DNA of 63,786 nucleotides, filler included. It is 5 parts of 5 records of this genome, joined end to end, with 100 filler letters (N's around TTAATTAATTAA, not from the genome) between each part and the next. Parts side by side here need not be neighbours in the genome. Positions count along the whole stretch, not along the records: positions 1 to 14,810 come from SRR20825010_4146; 4 more parts are not named here. One strand, 5' to 3'. The position numbers were made by a program, and so were the translations under genes. How positions within the stretch are numbered: the stretch's first letter is position 1; each line of letters begins with the position of its first letter. The notes beneath the pieces are model-generated. The model had not been told where the DNA came from. It saw only the letters and a program-made list of their open reading frames with translations, and ran no database searches. This document shows positions 1-9,874 of the stretch, in pieces.

Positions 1-146
1 CACCATTTTCTTTATTGAAAAATAAAACACACCCACACCCTTAGGTAACTCGTCGATTTCTCAAAAGCGTACTATGGGCCTGCTCCGGTTTGCACGAGAC
101 AGCGATGCTCATACCTCCTCAGACGCGATAACTGTGCGTTACATAA

Positions 147-238
147 GAGTGGGGTGGTGGGATATTTTATCCGCCAGGAATGGGTGTCTGAGCACAGCGA
201 GTTCCATTCCCAAGGAAAAATATCCCACCACCCCGCTC
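147..238. repeat. Long inverted repeat (REP/MITE-like element)
   Basis: GGGGTGGTGGGATATTTT (151-168) is the exact reverse complement of AAAATATCCCACCACCCC (217-234); inner GGAATGG/CCATTCC pair; lies just past the MFS stop codon. Confidence 0.8.
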
Positions 239-245
239 ATGCCCC

Positions 246-1460
246 CTAACGATCAGTCCTGCCAGGACATCCAGGCAAAGGCACAAAAAACGCAAACACT
301 GCTCCAAGAGCCAACGCCACCACCCCGATGCCAAAGGCTGTGGTCAGGGTGCCGCCGGCTTCCAGCCATTGCTTGGTGAGCCACGGGCCGGCCATCTGGG
401 TGAAGCCGTAGACCGACACCATTGCCGCTGACAGTCGCGGCCCCTGGTGCGGATGCAGGGCCCGGCCGATGCGTTGGGTGAGCATCACCGTACCCACGAA
501 CGTGCTGCCCACCAGGGCGGCACAAACCGCCAGGCCCAAGGCACCAGGCAAGATCACTGCTGCCAGGACGCCAGCAAGCTGTACCACGAAATTCATGCGC
601 AATGCAGGGAGATCGCCGATTTTTGCACCAAGATAGTTCCATATCGAGGGTGACAGGATCGTCGCCACAGCCGCCAGGAACCAGGCGCCATCCAGCAGCC
701 AGTGGTCGGCCGGTAACTGGTCCTTGGCCAGCAATGGCAAGAACGTCATCGGCAGTATGTAACCGAGACCAGCCCCAGCGTAGGAGAGAAACAGGGGCAC
801 ACTTGCCCGGTCAAACAGGGGCGATTTTCCCGGCGGGGTTTCGCCGTCGCTTTGCGCCCTCACCGGTACGTCCAGTCGGAGTAACCGCGCCGTGGCCCAC
901 CAGGCCAGGGGGATGGAAAGCACGACGGCAGGCCACCAGCGTTCAGTCCCCTCAAGCCAGTGGGCGCTGGAGCTGACCAAGCCACTTGATACCAAAAGGC
1001 CCAGGCCTACACCAATGTAGAGATGCCCACTGAGCGTAGCGCGGTTGCGCAGTACCAGCCATTCCAGGATCAACGCCGGCGCCTGGACAAAGACAACGCC
1101 GTTGGCGATGCCATTGAACAGGCGGGCGGCGGACATGGCCACAAGGTGGTCAGTCTGCGTCATCGCAAGGGTGGTCAACAGATGAACCACGAGGGACGCC
1201 GGCAGCAGCATGCGAATGTGGCTGATGGTGTGCCAGCGGATGGCCAGCAAGGCGCCAAGCAGGTAGCCAAGGTAGTTCCAGGTGGCCACCGCAGCACCCT
1301 GCCCGGCAGTGATCTGGCCATCGTCCACCAGATACGGCAATAGCGGCGTGTAGATGAAACGGCCCAGGCCGTGGGTGACCAGCAACAGAATGGCACCCGC
1401 TACCACGACCAGATAAAGATCCCGCGGCGGTGTGCAGGAAGGGTGGGAATTTGGCATCAC
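246..1460 (-). CDS. MFS transporter, YbfB/YjiJ (DUF1228) family
   Basis: GLGRFIYTPLLP and NYLGYLLGA motifs; about 12 hydrophobic segments. Confidence 0.85.
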   Translation of the reverse strand: MMPNSHPSCTPPRDLYLVVVAGAILLLVTHGLGRFIYTPLLPYLVDDGQITAGQGAAVATWNYLGYLLGALLAIRWHTISHIRMLLPASLVVHLLTTLAMTQTDHLVAMSAARLFNGIANGVVFVQAPALILEWLVLRNRATLSGHLYIGVGLGLLVSSGLVSSSAHWLEGTERWWPAVVLSIPLAWWATARLLRLDVPVRAQSDGETPPGKSPLFDRASVPLFLSYAGAGLGYILPMTFLPLLAKDQLPADHWLLDGAWFLAAVATILSPSIWNYLGAKIGDLPALRMNFVVQLAGVLAAVILPGALGLAVCAALVGSTFVGTVMLTQRIGRALHPHQGPRLSAAMVSVYGFTQMAGPWLTKQWLEAGGTLTTAFGIGVVALALGAVFAFFVPLPGCPGRTDR

Positions 1461-1540
1461 AGAACCCCTGGGGAAAGCCGGTAGGCAGTCTAAGTCAGTG
1501 GGAGCAGGAAGTCAGCCGAGTCAAAGCGAGGAGCACAGGG

Positions 1541-2209
1541 TCATGACTGGGACGCTCGCGGATGATTTTCCCGGGCCCACTCGTAGATCTCACGATAGGC
1601 CTCAACCAGGTCTTCCGGCTTGTGGGGAGGCTGAAGCACGGCGGTCATTTCGCCGTCCGGGTTGATCAGCGTGAAATGCCCGCTGTGTTCCACCAGCCGT
1701 TCGCCATCCACCTGACGTTGGGAGAAAACCGCGTTCATGCTTCTGGCGAGTTCTCTCAGTGTCTCAATGTCGCCAGTCAGGCCGTGAAAGTCGTCGCCGA
1801 AAAAGCCCACATAGTCTTTCAGTCTCTGGGGCGTATCGTGTTCCGGGTCGGCGGAAATCAACAGGAACTCCGGCTGCGGTAGCTCCTCCGGTAGCATTTT
1901 GTCGGTTTTGCGCAGGGTCGCCATGGCAGCGGGGCAGATGTCCGGGCAATTGGTATAGCCAACGAAAGCAAACGTCCATTTGCCCTTCAGGCTGTCCCGG
2001 GTGACCGTTTCGCCCTGTTCGTTAAGCAGCTCGAACTCTGCAAGTTTACGACTGTTTTCGTACACGTAGGCGTTGATACTGCTGAGTTTCGGCGGCGGTG
2101 AAGGCTGGTCATTTCCGACCAGCAACACCTGCCGTCCAACCACCAGCCCGAAGATCAGCACGACAACCAACAGCAGCAGGATCAGCGTCAGGCGAATCGA
2201 ACGGTCCAT
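1541..2209 (-). CDS. senC: SCO1/SenC copper chaperone
   Basis: N-terminal TM anchor, GYTNCPDICP (CxxxC), DPEHDTP, conserved His (VEHSG); last gene of the cox cluster. Confidence 0.92.
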   Translation of the reverse strand: MDRSIRLTLILLLLVVVLIFGLVVGRQVLLVGNDQPSPPPKLSSINAYVYENSRKLAEFELLNEQGETVTRDSLKGKWTFAFVGYTNCPDICPAAMATLRKTDKMLPEELPQPEFLLISADPEHDTPQRLKDYVGFFGDDFHGLTGDIETLRELARSMNAVFSQRQVDGERLVEHSGHFTLINPDGEMTAVLQPPHKPEDLVEAYREIYEWARENHPRASQS

Positions 2210-2231
2210 GAAATCTCCGGTAAATCAGCAT

Positions 2232-3155
2232 TCAGAAAAACACAAAGTGGTCGACCAGCAGCACCACAAACAGGGCCATCAGATAGGTGATGGAATATTT
2301 GAAGGTGTTGAGTGCAACACGACGGTCATCACCTCTGAGCAACCGTGCGGCATACTGCAGGAAACGCAGGCCGAGGGCCAGTGCACCCACCAGATAGATA
2401 ACGCCAGACATACCGGTGACAAACGGCAGCAGGCTGACAGCAAGCAGCATCAGGGTGTACAGGAGTATATGTAACTCTGTGTACTTGTTGCCATGGGTGA
2501 CTGGCAGCATGGGAATACCGGCCTTGGCGTATTCTTCCTTGCGATGGATGGCCAGTGCCCAGAAATGCGGTGGCGTCCAGGCGAAGATGATCAGCACCAG
2601 CAACAGGGCGTGGCCTTCCACCTGCCCGGTCACCGCAGTCCAGCCCAACAGTGGCGGCATCGCGCCGGCCAGGCCACCGATAACGATGTTCTGCGGGGTC
2701 ATACGCTTGAGAAACAGGGTGTAGACGCCCGCATACCCCACCAGTGATGCCAGGGTCAGCCAGGCTGTCAGCGCATTCACCTGCCACACCAGGATGACCA
2801 TGCCGGCAACCGCCAGCACGGTTGCGAACAGCAGTGCGTCCAGCGGCGAGATTTTCCCGGTGGCGACGGGCCGTTTGCGGGTACGGGCCATGACCGTGTC
2901 GATTTTCTGATCCACCACGTGATTGACCACGGCTGCCGCGCCCGCCAGCAGGGCGATGCCCAGGTTACCGTAGAGCATAACCTCCCAACCCGGCACGCCC
3001 GGTGTGGCCAGTAGCATGCCTATGACTGAGGTGAGGATCATCATCGCCACTACAGTGGGCTTGGTCAGCTCCAGAAAATCCCGCCAGGAAATGCCCGCGG
3101 CAGCGGACTCGTTGGTCGTTCCCTGCGCCGGCAGTGCCTTTACGTGCTCGCTCAT
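2232..3155 (-). CDS. cyoE: Protoheme IX farnesyltransferase (heme O synthase)
   Basis: LTKP, DxxMARTRKRP, WTPPHFWALA, EYAKAGIPMLP; start MSEH at 3155 overlaps the ctaA stop (ATGA). Confidence 0.95.
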   Translation of the reverse strand: MSEHVKALPAQGTTNESAAAGISWRDFLELTKPTVVAMMILTSVIGMLLATPGVPGWEVMLYGNLGIALLAGAAAVVNHVVDQKIDTVMARTRKRPVATGKISPLDALLFATVLAVAGMVILVWQVNALTAWLTLASLVGYAGVYTLFLKRMTPQNIVIGGLAGAMPPLLGWTAVTGQVEGHALLLVLIIFAWTPPHFWALAIHRKEEYAKAGIPMLPVTHGNKYTELHILLYTLMLLAVSLLPFVTGMSGVIYLVGALALGLRFLQYAARLLRGDDRRVALNTFKYSITYLMALFVVLLVDHFVFF

Positions 3156-4258
3156 GCCGTCACCTCTCGCTCGATTGTTGTTGTAGGTTCTGTTTTCGCT
3201 GCCTCTGGCAGGGCCTGTTGATGAAATCGCCAGAGCAGATTGATCACTGCCAGCAAAAGCCCTGCGCCCATTGCGTTGTGCGCCACCGCCACTGACAGAG
3301 GTATATGAAACACGATGTTGGCCAGGCCCAGCGCAATCTGCGCAACCAGGGCCACGGCCACCAGCTGCACATGCCACGCCAGTGGTGTTCGCTTTGTCCT
3401 GCGCCACAGTAATGCCAGAAAAACCGTGAAGTACGCAAGCACTATCATCGCTCCCAGCCGGTGACTGACATGGATGGCGACACGACCGTCAGCCGTTAGC
3501 TGCCCGCCCAGGTAATTCGGCCCCACATGCTGGGTGACATCGAACCCATGCTGGAAGTCCATCTCAGCCGGCCACCATTCGCCCTGGCAGGTGGGCAGGT
3601 CAGTACAGGCCACAGCAGCGTAGTTGGCCGCTGTCCAGGCCCCCAGGGCAATTTGCATAACAACCAGCGCCAGACCACCGTATAGCCACGGCCGGAAACG
3701 GCGCAACCCGGGGGGCCGGCCTGCGCCGGGTGATTCCCCTTCAGGTTGCGTTCTACGGCGTAGGCGAAGCGTGAGCAGTGTCAGCAGGCTCAGGGTGGTA
3801 AAGCCCCCTAACAGGTGCAGGGCAACCACCTGCGGCCAGAGCTTCAGGGTCACTGTCCACATGCCGAAGGCGCCCTGGAGCAGAATGAAGGCAGCAATAA
3901 ACAGTGGCAACCGAAGCGGCACGCCGTCACGACGATGACGGAACGCGTAGGCCGCCAGGCCAAACACCACCAGCCCCAGCGTGCCGGCGGCGTATCGGTG
4001 GATCATCTCAGGCCAGCCTTTTTCCACGTCGACGGGCGTGTCGGGAAAGCGCGCATTGGCGATGGCCATCCGCGACTCATCATGGGGCACCGTCAGAAAC
4101 CCGTAACAACCGGGCCAGTCCGGACAGCCAAGGCCCGCGTCCACCAATCGGGTCCAGGCCCCAAGCATGATGACGACCACCGCCAAAAGGGTGGCCAGTA
4201 GCGACCAGCGCGCCATGAGGTGGGCCGGGCGGGAAAGACGGGGTTGGGTGGTGTTCAA
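3152..4258 (-). CDS. ctaA: Heme A synthase (COX15/CtaA)
   Basis: GLGCPDWPGC, EMIHR, VALHLLGG, HVSHR, AHN heme-ligand motifs. Confidence 0.93.
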   Translation of the reverse strand: MNTTQPRLSRPAHLMARWSLLATLLAVVVIMLGAWTRLVDAGLGCPDWPGCYGFLTVPHDESRMAIANARFPDTPVDVEKGWPEMIHRYAAGTLGLVVFGLAAYAFRHRRDGVPLRLPLFIAAFILLQGAFGMWTVTLKLWPQVVALHLLGGFTTLSLLTLLTLRLRRRTQPEGESPGAGRPPGLRRFRPWLYGGLALVVMQIALGAWTAANYAAVACTDLPTCQGEWWPAEMDFQHGFDVTQHVGPNYLGGQLTADGRVAIHVSHRLGAMIVLAYFTVFLALLWRRTKRTPLAWHVQLVAVALVAQIALGLANIVFHIPLSVAVAHNAMGAGLLLAVINLLWRFHQQALPEAAKTEPTTTIEREVTA

Positions 4259-4282
4259 CGGGGCATCTCCGGTTACTGATGG

Positions 4283-4927
4283 TCAGCCAATCTGTGACAG
4301 CTTCAACAGGTGTTTCAGATCCTTCAGCATATCCTTTCCCGTGTGTTCGGTGCCGTAGTGCATGATCACGTTACCAAAGGGGTCCACCAGCAGAATCCGT
4401 GGCTGGTGCTCCGGGTTGATACCTGACGGCCATTTCGGAGCACGGCCCTCCAGGATACTCAGCCGCTCCATGGAGCTGTATTCGTCGCTCCAGCGAGCCG
4501 AAAGATCGTCAGGGATAGTGCCGAGCCAGGCCGAACGATTTACCCGGTTAGCATTCTTGCCCAGGGCAATATTGACCTGGCGCGCCAGATACAGAAGCTC
4601 TTCACACTCCGAGGCGCATTGCTCGGAAACCACCACCATCATCCATTCGGCGTCGGGTTCATCAGGGCCAAAACGGTCGACAAGCGGGTTGCCGCTGGCT
4701 CCCTGAAGCTGCATTTGAGCCAGGGGCGCCGGCGGCTGGATCAGCTCGCCATTATTGCTATTGCCGGCAGGATTCAGCCAGCCGGTGTAGTACATGATAG
4801 TGGCAAAAATCATCGGGCCGAAACCGATGGCAAACAGTAAAAGGGCGGTTCGCCTGCCGCGGCGTACCTGCTCTGGAGAGACGTTGTCGTCCGGGTCTTT
4901 CTGGTCCATGCGCTCAGCCGTTGTCAT
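4283..4927 (-). CDS. Membrane-anchored thioredoxin/SCO-like cox-cluster protein
   Basis: One TM helix, CxxxC (CASEC), LVDPFGN, C-terminal KDLKHLLKLSQIG; same position as PA0111 in the Pseudomonas cox cluster. Confidence 0.8.
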   Translation of the reverse strand: MTTAERMDQKDPDDNVSPEQVRRGRRTALLLFAIGFGPMIFATIMYYTGWLNPAGNSNNGELIQPPAPLAQMQLQGASGNPLVDRFGPDEPDAEWMMVVVSEQCASECEELLYLARQVNIALGKNANRVNRSAWLGTIPDDLSARWSDEYSSMERLSILEGRAPKWPSGINPEHQPRILLVDPFGNVIMHYGTEHTGKDMLKDLKHLLKLSQIG

Positions 4928-5654
4928 TGTGATTACGGACTCCTGTTTTGCGATAGCTCGCTACGACCGTCAATATAACCAGCGCGATGGCCAGTGAAAA
5001 CCATTGCACCGCATATCCATAATGGGTTTGTGGCCCCATCCGGTCTGGAGCCCAGTCGGCGCGGTAGGCGCCAGGTTGCTCCGGCCCGGAAAGCCTGAGT
5101 ACCAGGCTGGCAACATCATTCTCAATTTCCCGAGCCTGCCCGTGGGACAGCGACTGTGTTCGCTTCGGCCAGCCCGCTTTGTCAGATGGCACGGACTTGA
5201 GCACCGGGGGTTCCGGAAACTCACTCAACCGCCCCCTCACACTAAGCTCTCCGGACGGATAACTGACATCGGGCAGTTGATCACGTCGCCGGGGAGCTTG
5301 TACCCAACCGCGATTCACAACCACCGGGCGGCCCTGAACCGGGTGGAACAGGGTCAGTACCTCATAGCCCGGCGCGCCATCGCGTGTGCGGTTATCGAGG
5401 AGCCAGGATACCTCGCTGTAACGGCCGGACAGTGTCACCGGTTGCCCGGCTTCGAGGCCGGCCGCCAGATGTTGCGACCAGCTCAGGTTTCCGGCCTGTT
5501 GCTGCCACTGTTCAAGCTGGGCCTGTTTCTCTCCTGCTCGCTCCAGCTGCCAGATCCCCAGGCCTAACAGTACCGGCAGAAAGAAGCCGGCGAACACCAA
5601 CAGGCGCCAATCGAAGTGCCATTGGCGACGAGAACGATCGGTTGGATCAGACAT
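4914..5654 (-). CDS. SURF1 family cytochrome oxidase assembly protein
   Basis: LGIWQLERA, LLDNR, VNRGWV, HYGYAVQWF. Confidence 0.92.
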   Translation of the reverse strand: MSDPTDRSRRQWHFDWRLLVFAGFFLPVLLGLGIWQLERAGEKQAQLEQWQQQAGNLSWSQHLAAGLEAGQPVTLSGRYSEVSWLLDNRTRDGAPGYEVLTLFHPVQGRPVVVNRGWVQAPRRRDQLPDVSYPSGELSVRGRLSEFPEPPVLKSVPSDKAGWPKRTQSLSHGQAREIENDVASLVLRLSGPEQPGAYRADWAPDRMGPQTHYGYAVQWFSLAIALVILTVVASYRKTGVRNHNDNG

Positions 5655-5704
5655 GCTCTGCTATAGTGGGCTCTGGATCTACATTCCCGTTTACAGGATT
5701 TCCC

Positions 5705-5908
5705 ATGCTGAAGATTCTCATTGTCGTACTCATGCTGGCCGTTCTGGTGAGCCTGTTCAGCGGTCTGTTCTTCCTGATCCGGGATGGCGGGAAAACGAAC
5801 CGTGTCCTGAATTCCCTGGCGTTGCGGGTCGCCCTCAGCGTACTGCTGCTGGCAGTCATTCTGATTTCGGTATGGCAAGGGGGCCTGACCCTGAATCCGA
5901 CCCCCTGA
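5705..5908 (+). CDS. Twin-transmembrane-helix small protein (DUF2909/HIG1-like)
   Basis: 67 aa MLKILIVV...SLFSGLFFL...SLALRVALS; opposite strand between coxC and SURF1, as in Pseudomonas. Confidence 0.85.
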   Translation: MLKILIVVLMLAVLVSLFSGLFFLIRDGGKTNRVLNSLALRVALSVLLLAVILISVWQGGLTLNPTP

Positions 5909-5917
5909 CGCGCGTCG

Positions 5918-6805
5918 TCAGAGCACGTAAACGAAGACGAACAGCCCGAGCCAGACCACATCCACGAAGTGCCAGTACCACGCCGACGCCTCGAAACCAA
6001 AGTGGTAATCGCCGGTGAAATGGCCTTTGTGTATGCGGATCAACATGATCGTGAGCATCAGGGTACCCAGTATCACATGGGCGCCGTGAAACCCGGTCAG
6101 CATGAAGAAGGTGCTGCCATAAATGCCGGACTGCAGGGTCAGGTTCAGATCCTGATAGGCGTGAGCGTATTCATAGCCCTGGACACACACAAAGATCAGC
6201 GCCAGCGCAATGGTGGCGCTCAGCCAGAGTTTGACCTTCTTGCGGTTGTCTTCCTTGAGGGCATGGTGCGCAACCGTAACCGTAAAGGACGACGTCACCA
6301 GCAGAATGGTGTTGATCAGTGGCAAACCCCAGGGGCCGATAATGCCTTCCGGTGCCGGGTAAGCGTCGGGGTCAGGATTGTTGATCAGCGGCCATGTCGC
6401 CTGGAAACCTTCCCAGAGGATATTGGAACTGCCACGGTCGCCTTCACCGCCAAGCCAGGGCACCGCGAACATCCGGGTGTAGAACAGGGCACCGAAGAAA
6501 GCCGCGAAGAACATGACCTCGGAAAAAATGAACCAGCTCATACCCCAGCGGAAGGAACGATCCATCTGTGGGCTGTACAGGCCTGACCGGCTTTCCTTGA
6601 TGACGGTCCCGAACCATCCAAACAGCATGTAGGCCATGATCAGGGAACCGATCAAGAACATCACCCAGGAGCCGGTGGTGCTCTCACCCTGCTGGCCGTT
6701 CACCATAATGGCCGCCGCGCCGTAGAGGGTAACCCCCAGCCCGACGGTGGCGACAATCGGCCACTTGCTCTGTTCCGGAACGTAGTACGTCTGGTTTTCC
6801 GCCAT
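5918..6805 (-). CDS. coxC: Cytochrome c oxidase subunit III
   Basis: FIFSEVMFF, TGFHGAHV, WYWHFVDVVW. Confidence 0.96.
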   Translation of the reverse strand: MAENQTYYVPEQSKWPIVATVGLGVTLYGAAAIMVNGQQGESTTGSWVMFLIGSLIMAYMLFGWFGTVIKESRSGLYSPQMDRSFRWGMSWFIFSEVMFFAAFFGALFYTRMFAVPWLGGEGDRGSSNILWEGFQATWPLINNPDPDAYPAPEGIIGPWGLPLINTILLVTSSFTVTVAHHALKEDNRKKVKLWLSATIALALIFVCVQGYEYAHAYQDLNLTLQSGIYGSTFFMLTGFHGAHVILGTLMLTIMLIRIHKGHFTGDYHFGFEASAWYWHFVDVVWLGLFVFVYVL

Positions 6806-6866
6806 GACAATCTCCGATGGCTTATCCGTTATCGTTTGTTGTTGTGGGCGCCAGTCAGCCTCTGTT

Positions 6867-8453
6867 TCACTTCACTTCCGGCGGCGTGGCAAAGGTGTGG
6901 TAGGGCGCCGGAGAGGGCACTGTCCACTCAAGGCCTTCGGCACCGTCCCACGGCTGGGCAGAGGCCTTTTCACCGCCTTTGACGCACTTGACCACAATCA
7001 CCAGGAACAGGATCTGACTGGCACCAAACATGAATGCGCCAATGCTGGACACCATGTTGAAGTCGGCAAACTGCAGCGCGTAATCCGGAATACGCCGCGG
7101 CATACCCGCCAAACCGAGGAAGTGCATCGGGAAGAAGGCCAGGTTCATACCGATGAACGACAGCCAAAAATGCGTCTTGCCCAGTGTTTCGTCGTACATA
7201 TGGCCGGTCCACTTGGGCAGCCAGAAATACGCCGAGGCAAAGATGCCGAAGATGGCGCCCGGTACCAGTACGTAGTGGAAGTGTGCTACCACGAAGTAGG
7301 TATCGTGATACTGGAAGTCAGCCGGTGCAATGGCCAGCATCAGGCCGGAGAAACCGCCGATGGTAAACAGGATGACGAAGGCGACCGCAAACAGCATCGG
7401 CGCCTCGAAGGTCAGTGACCCCCGGAACATGGTCGCCACCCAGTTGAACACCTTCACGCCCGTGGGCACGGCAATCAGCATGGTCGCATACATGAAGAAC
7501 AGCTGACCGGCGATGGGAATGCCGACAGTGAACATATGGTGAGCCCAGACCACAAACGACAGCAGGGCGATGGCGCCCACCGCATATACCATCGAGGCGT
7601 AGCCAAACAACGGCTTGCGGGAGAACGCCGGAATAATGTGGGACACCGCCCCGAACGCAGGCAGGATCATGATGTAGACCTCGGGGTGCCCGAAGAACCA
7701 GAACACATGCTGGAACAGTACCGGGTCACCACCGCCGGAGGCATCAAAGAAGCTGGTGCCGAAGTTGATGTCCATCAGCATCATGGTGACGACGCCGGCC
7801 AGCACCGGCATAACGGCAATCAACAGGAACGCCGTAATCAGCCAGGTCCAGACGAACAGGGGCATCTTCATCAGCGTCATGCCTGGTGCCCGCATGTTCA
7901 GGATAGTGGCGATCACGTTGATAGCACCCATGATCGACGACACACCCATGATGTGAACGGCGAAGATAAAGAACGTGGTGCTCGGTGGGCCATAGGTCGT
8001 CGACAATGGCGCGTAGAAGGTCCAGCCAAAGTTGGGCGCCCCCCCTTCCATAAACAGCGTGGACACCAGAATCAGGAACGCGCAGGGCAGGAGCCAGAAG
8101 CTCCAGTTGTTCATTCGCGGCAGCGCCATGTCCGGGGCACCCACCATCAATGGAATCATCCAGTTCGCCAGGCCAACGAAGGCCGGCATCACCGCACCAA
8201 ACACCATGATAAGACCGTGCATGGTGGTCATCTGGTTAAAGAATTCCGGCTCAACAATCTGCAGGCCAGGCTGGAACAGTTCCGCCCGGATCACCATGGC
8301 CATGGTTCCGCCGAGCAGGAACATCGCAAAACTGAATATCAGGTACATGGACCCGATATCTTTGTGGTTGGTCGTCAGCAGCCACCGAGAAAAGCCCTTT
8401 GCAGGGCCGTGGTGATGATCGTCCTGGGCGTGGGTATCTGCAACCGCACTCAT
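6867..8453 (-). CDS. ctaD: Cytochrome c oxidase subunit I (A1 type)
   Basis: TNHKDIG, WFFGHPEVY, WAHHMF, VAHFHY, GMPRR. Confidence 0.98.
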   Translation of the reverse strand: MSAVADTHAQDDHHHGPAKGFSRWLLTTNHKDIGSMYLIFSFAMFLLGGTMAMVIRAELFQPGLQIVEPEFFNQMTTMHGLIMVFGAVMPAFVGLANWMIPLMVGAPDMALPRMNNWSFWLLPCAFLILVSTLFMEGGAPNFGWTFYAPLSTTYGPPSTTFFIFAVHIMGVSSIMGAINVIATILNMRAPGMTLMKMPLFVWTWLITAFLLIAVMPVLAGVVTMMLMDINFGTSFFDASGGGDPVLFQHVFWFFGHPEVYIMILPAFGAVSHIIPAFSRKPLFGYASMVYAVGAIALLSFVVWAHHMFTVGIPIAGQLFFMYATMLIAVPTGVKVFNWVATMFRGSLTFEAPMLFAVAFVILFTIGGFSGLMLAIAPADFQYHDTYFVVAHFHYVLVPGAIFGIFASAYFWLPKWTGHMYDETLGKTHFWLSFIGMNLAFFPMHFLGLAGMPRRIPDYALQFADFNMVSSIGAFMFGASQILFLVIVVKCVKGGEKASAQPWDGAEGLEWTVPSPAPYHTFATPPEVK

Positions 8454-8517
8454 GAAAAACCCCCGTTACCGCCGTATATTCAGGCTGGTGATGTCATTAA
8501 TCTGGCGTCATTGGATA

Positions 8518-8549
8518 GGGTGGACTGGAGCCTTCGCTCCACCCCACCC
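8518..8549. repeat. REP-like hairpin between coxB and subunit I
   Basis: GGGTGG..GGAGC-CTTC-GCTCC..CCACCC imperfect stem-loop. Confidence 0.55.
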
Positions 8550-8555
8550 GGTTCA

Positions 8556-9680
8556 TCATTCCTGATTCTTGTACTCGAAGACTTCTTTTGGCGTCACCAT
8601 TTCACCGGTGTCATTACCCCAGGCATTCCGCTCATAGGTGATGACCGCTGCGAGGTCGACTTCGCTCAGCTGACCGCCAAACGCTTGCATGGCGGTGCCG
8701 GAAACGCCGTTTACAACAATATCCATATGCGCCTGCATGTCTTCGGTCACGACTTTACTGCCCTTCAGAGCCGGGAATGCTGGCGGCGCACCGCTACCGT
8801 CCGCCTGGTGGCAGGCAGCACACGCGCTGGCATAGGCTTTTTCGCCACGTGCCATCAGCTCCTCCAGGGTCCAGTCTTTCTCGGTCAGCTCACGCTCACG
8901 CTGGGCCGCCTCCTTCTGCTCAGCCACCCAGGCATCGTATTCGTCCTGAGGCACCGCCTTGACCACCACAGGCATGAAACCGTGCTTTACGCCACACAGC
9001 TCGGTGCATTGACCACGATAGATACCGGGCTCGTCGACCCTGGTCCAGGTTTCGTTCACAAAGCCGGGAATGGCGTCCTTTTTCACGCCGAAGGCAGGCA
9101 CCCACCAGGAGTGGATAACATCATTGGCGGTGACCAACAGGCGGATTTTCGCTCCAACAGGCACTACCATCGGGTTGTCTACTTCCAGCAGGTAGTTCTC
9201 GGTTTTCTCGGTGCGGTTGTAGATTTCGTCATCGCTGGTGGTGATATTGGAAAAGTATCCAAAATCATCCTCTATGTAGTCGTATTTCCAGCGCCACTGA
9301 TAGCCGGTGACCTTGATGTCTACGTCAGCTTCGCTGGTGTCGTACATGTCCACAAGCGTTGCAGTGGCAGGAATCGCCATTACCACCAGAATCACGAGGG
9401 GAATGATGGTCCAGAGAATCTCGACCAGGGTATTCTCGTGAAAGTTTGCCGGTTTTCGGCCCGGGGACTTGCGATGGGCGAAGATGGACCAGAACATGAC
9501 CCCAAACACCACGATGCCGATGACAACGCAGATCCAGAGGATCGTCATGTGAAGGCTGAAGATTTCATTGCTGGTACCGGTGACCCCGGGACTCATGTTC
9601 AGCGTCCAGTCCGCCATGGACAACGCTGGCGTCATAAGCCCGCCCAAGAGGACACCTGCCCGCTTAGCGTGCACGCGCAT
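8556..9680 (-). CDS. coxB: Cytochrome c oxidase subunit II with C-terminal cytochrome c (caa3 type)
   Basis: GYQWRW, DVIHSW, CuA motif CTELCGVKHGFM, heme motif CAACH; GGAG upstream of ATG 9680. Confidence 0.97.
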   Translation of the reverse strand: MRVHAKRAGVLLGGLMTPALSMADWTLNMSPGVTGTSNEIFSLHMTILWICVVIGIVVFGVMFWSIFAHRKSPGRKPANFHENTLVEILWTIIPLVILVVMAIPATATLVDMYDTSEADVDIKVTGYQWRWKYDYIEDDFGYFSNITTSDDEIYNRTEKTENYLLEVDNPMVVPVGAKIRLLVTANDVIHSWWVPAFGVKKDAIPGFVNETWTRVDEPGIYRGQCTELCGVKHGFMPVVVKAVPQDEYDAWVAEQKEAAQRERELTEKDWTLEELMARGEKAYASACAACHQADGSGAPPAFPALKGSKVVTEDMQAHMDIVVNGVSGTAMQAFGGQLSEVDLAAVITYERNAWGNDTGEMVTPKEVFEYKNQE

Positions 9681-9874
9681 AATACTGTGTCTCCACAGAG
9701 TGTTATTCTTGTCGGATTTTGCGTCCAATCCCCCTGTTCCAGACAGTGCTCGCACACACTATCCAAGTCAGGGTGGAAGTCTGCTATGGATAATACACAA
9801 CCCAGTATAGACACAGATCAAAAAAATGCGAAAGTCCGTCCACCCATAAATGTATTAAAGAAGGAAAGCCTCTC

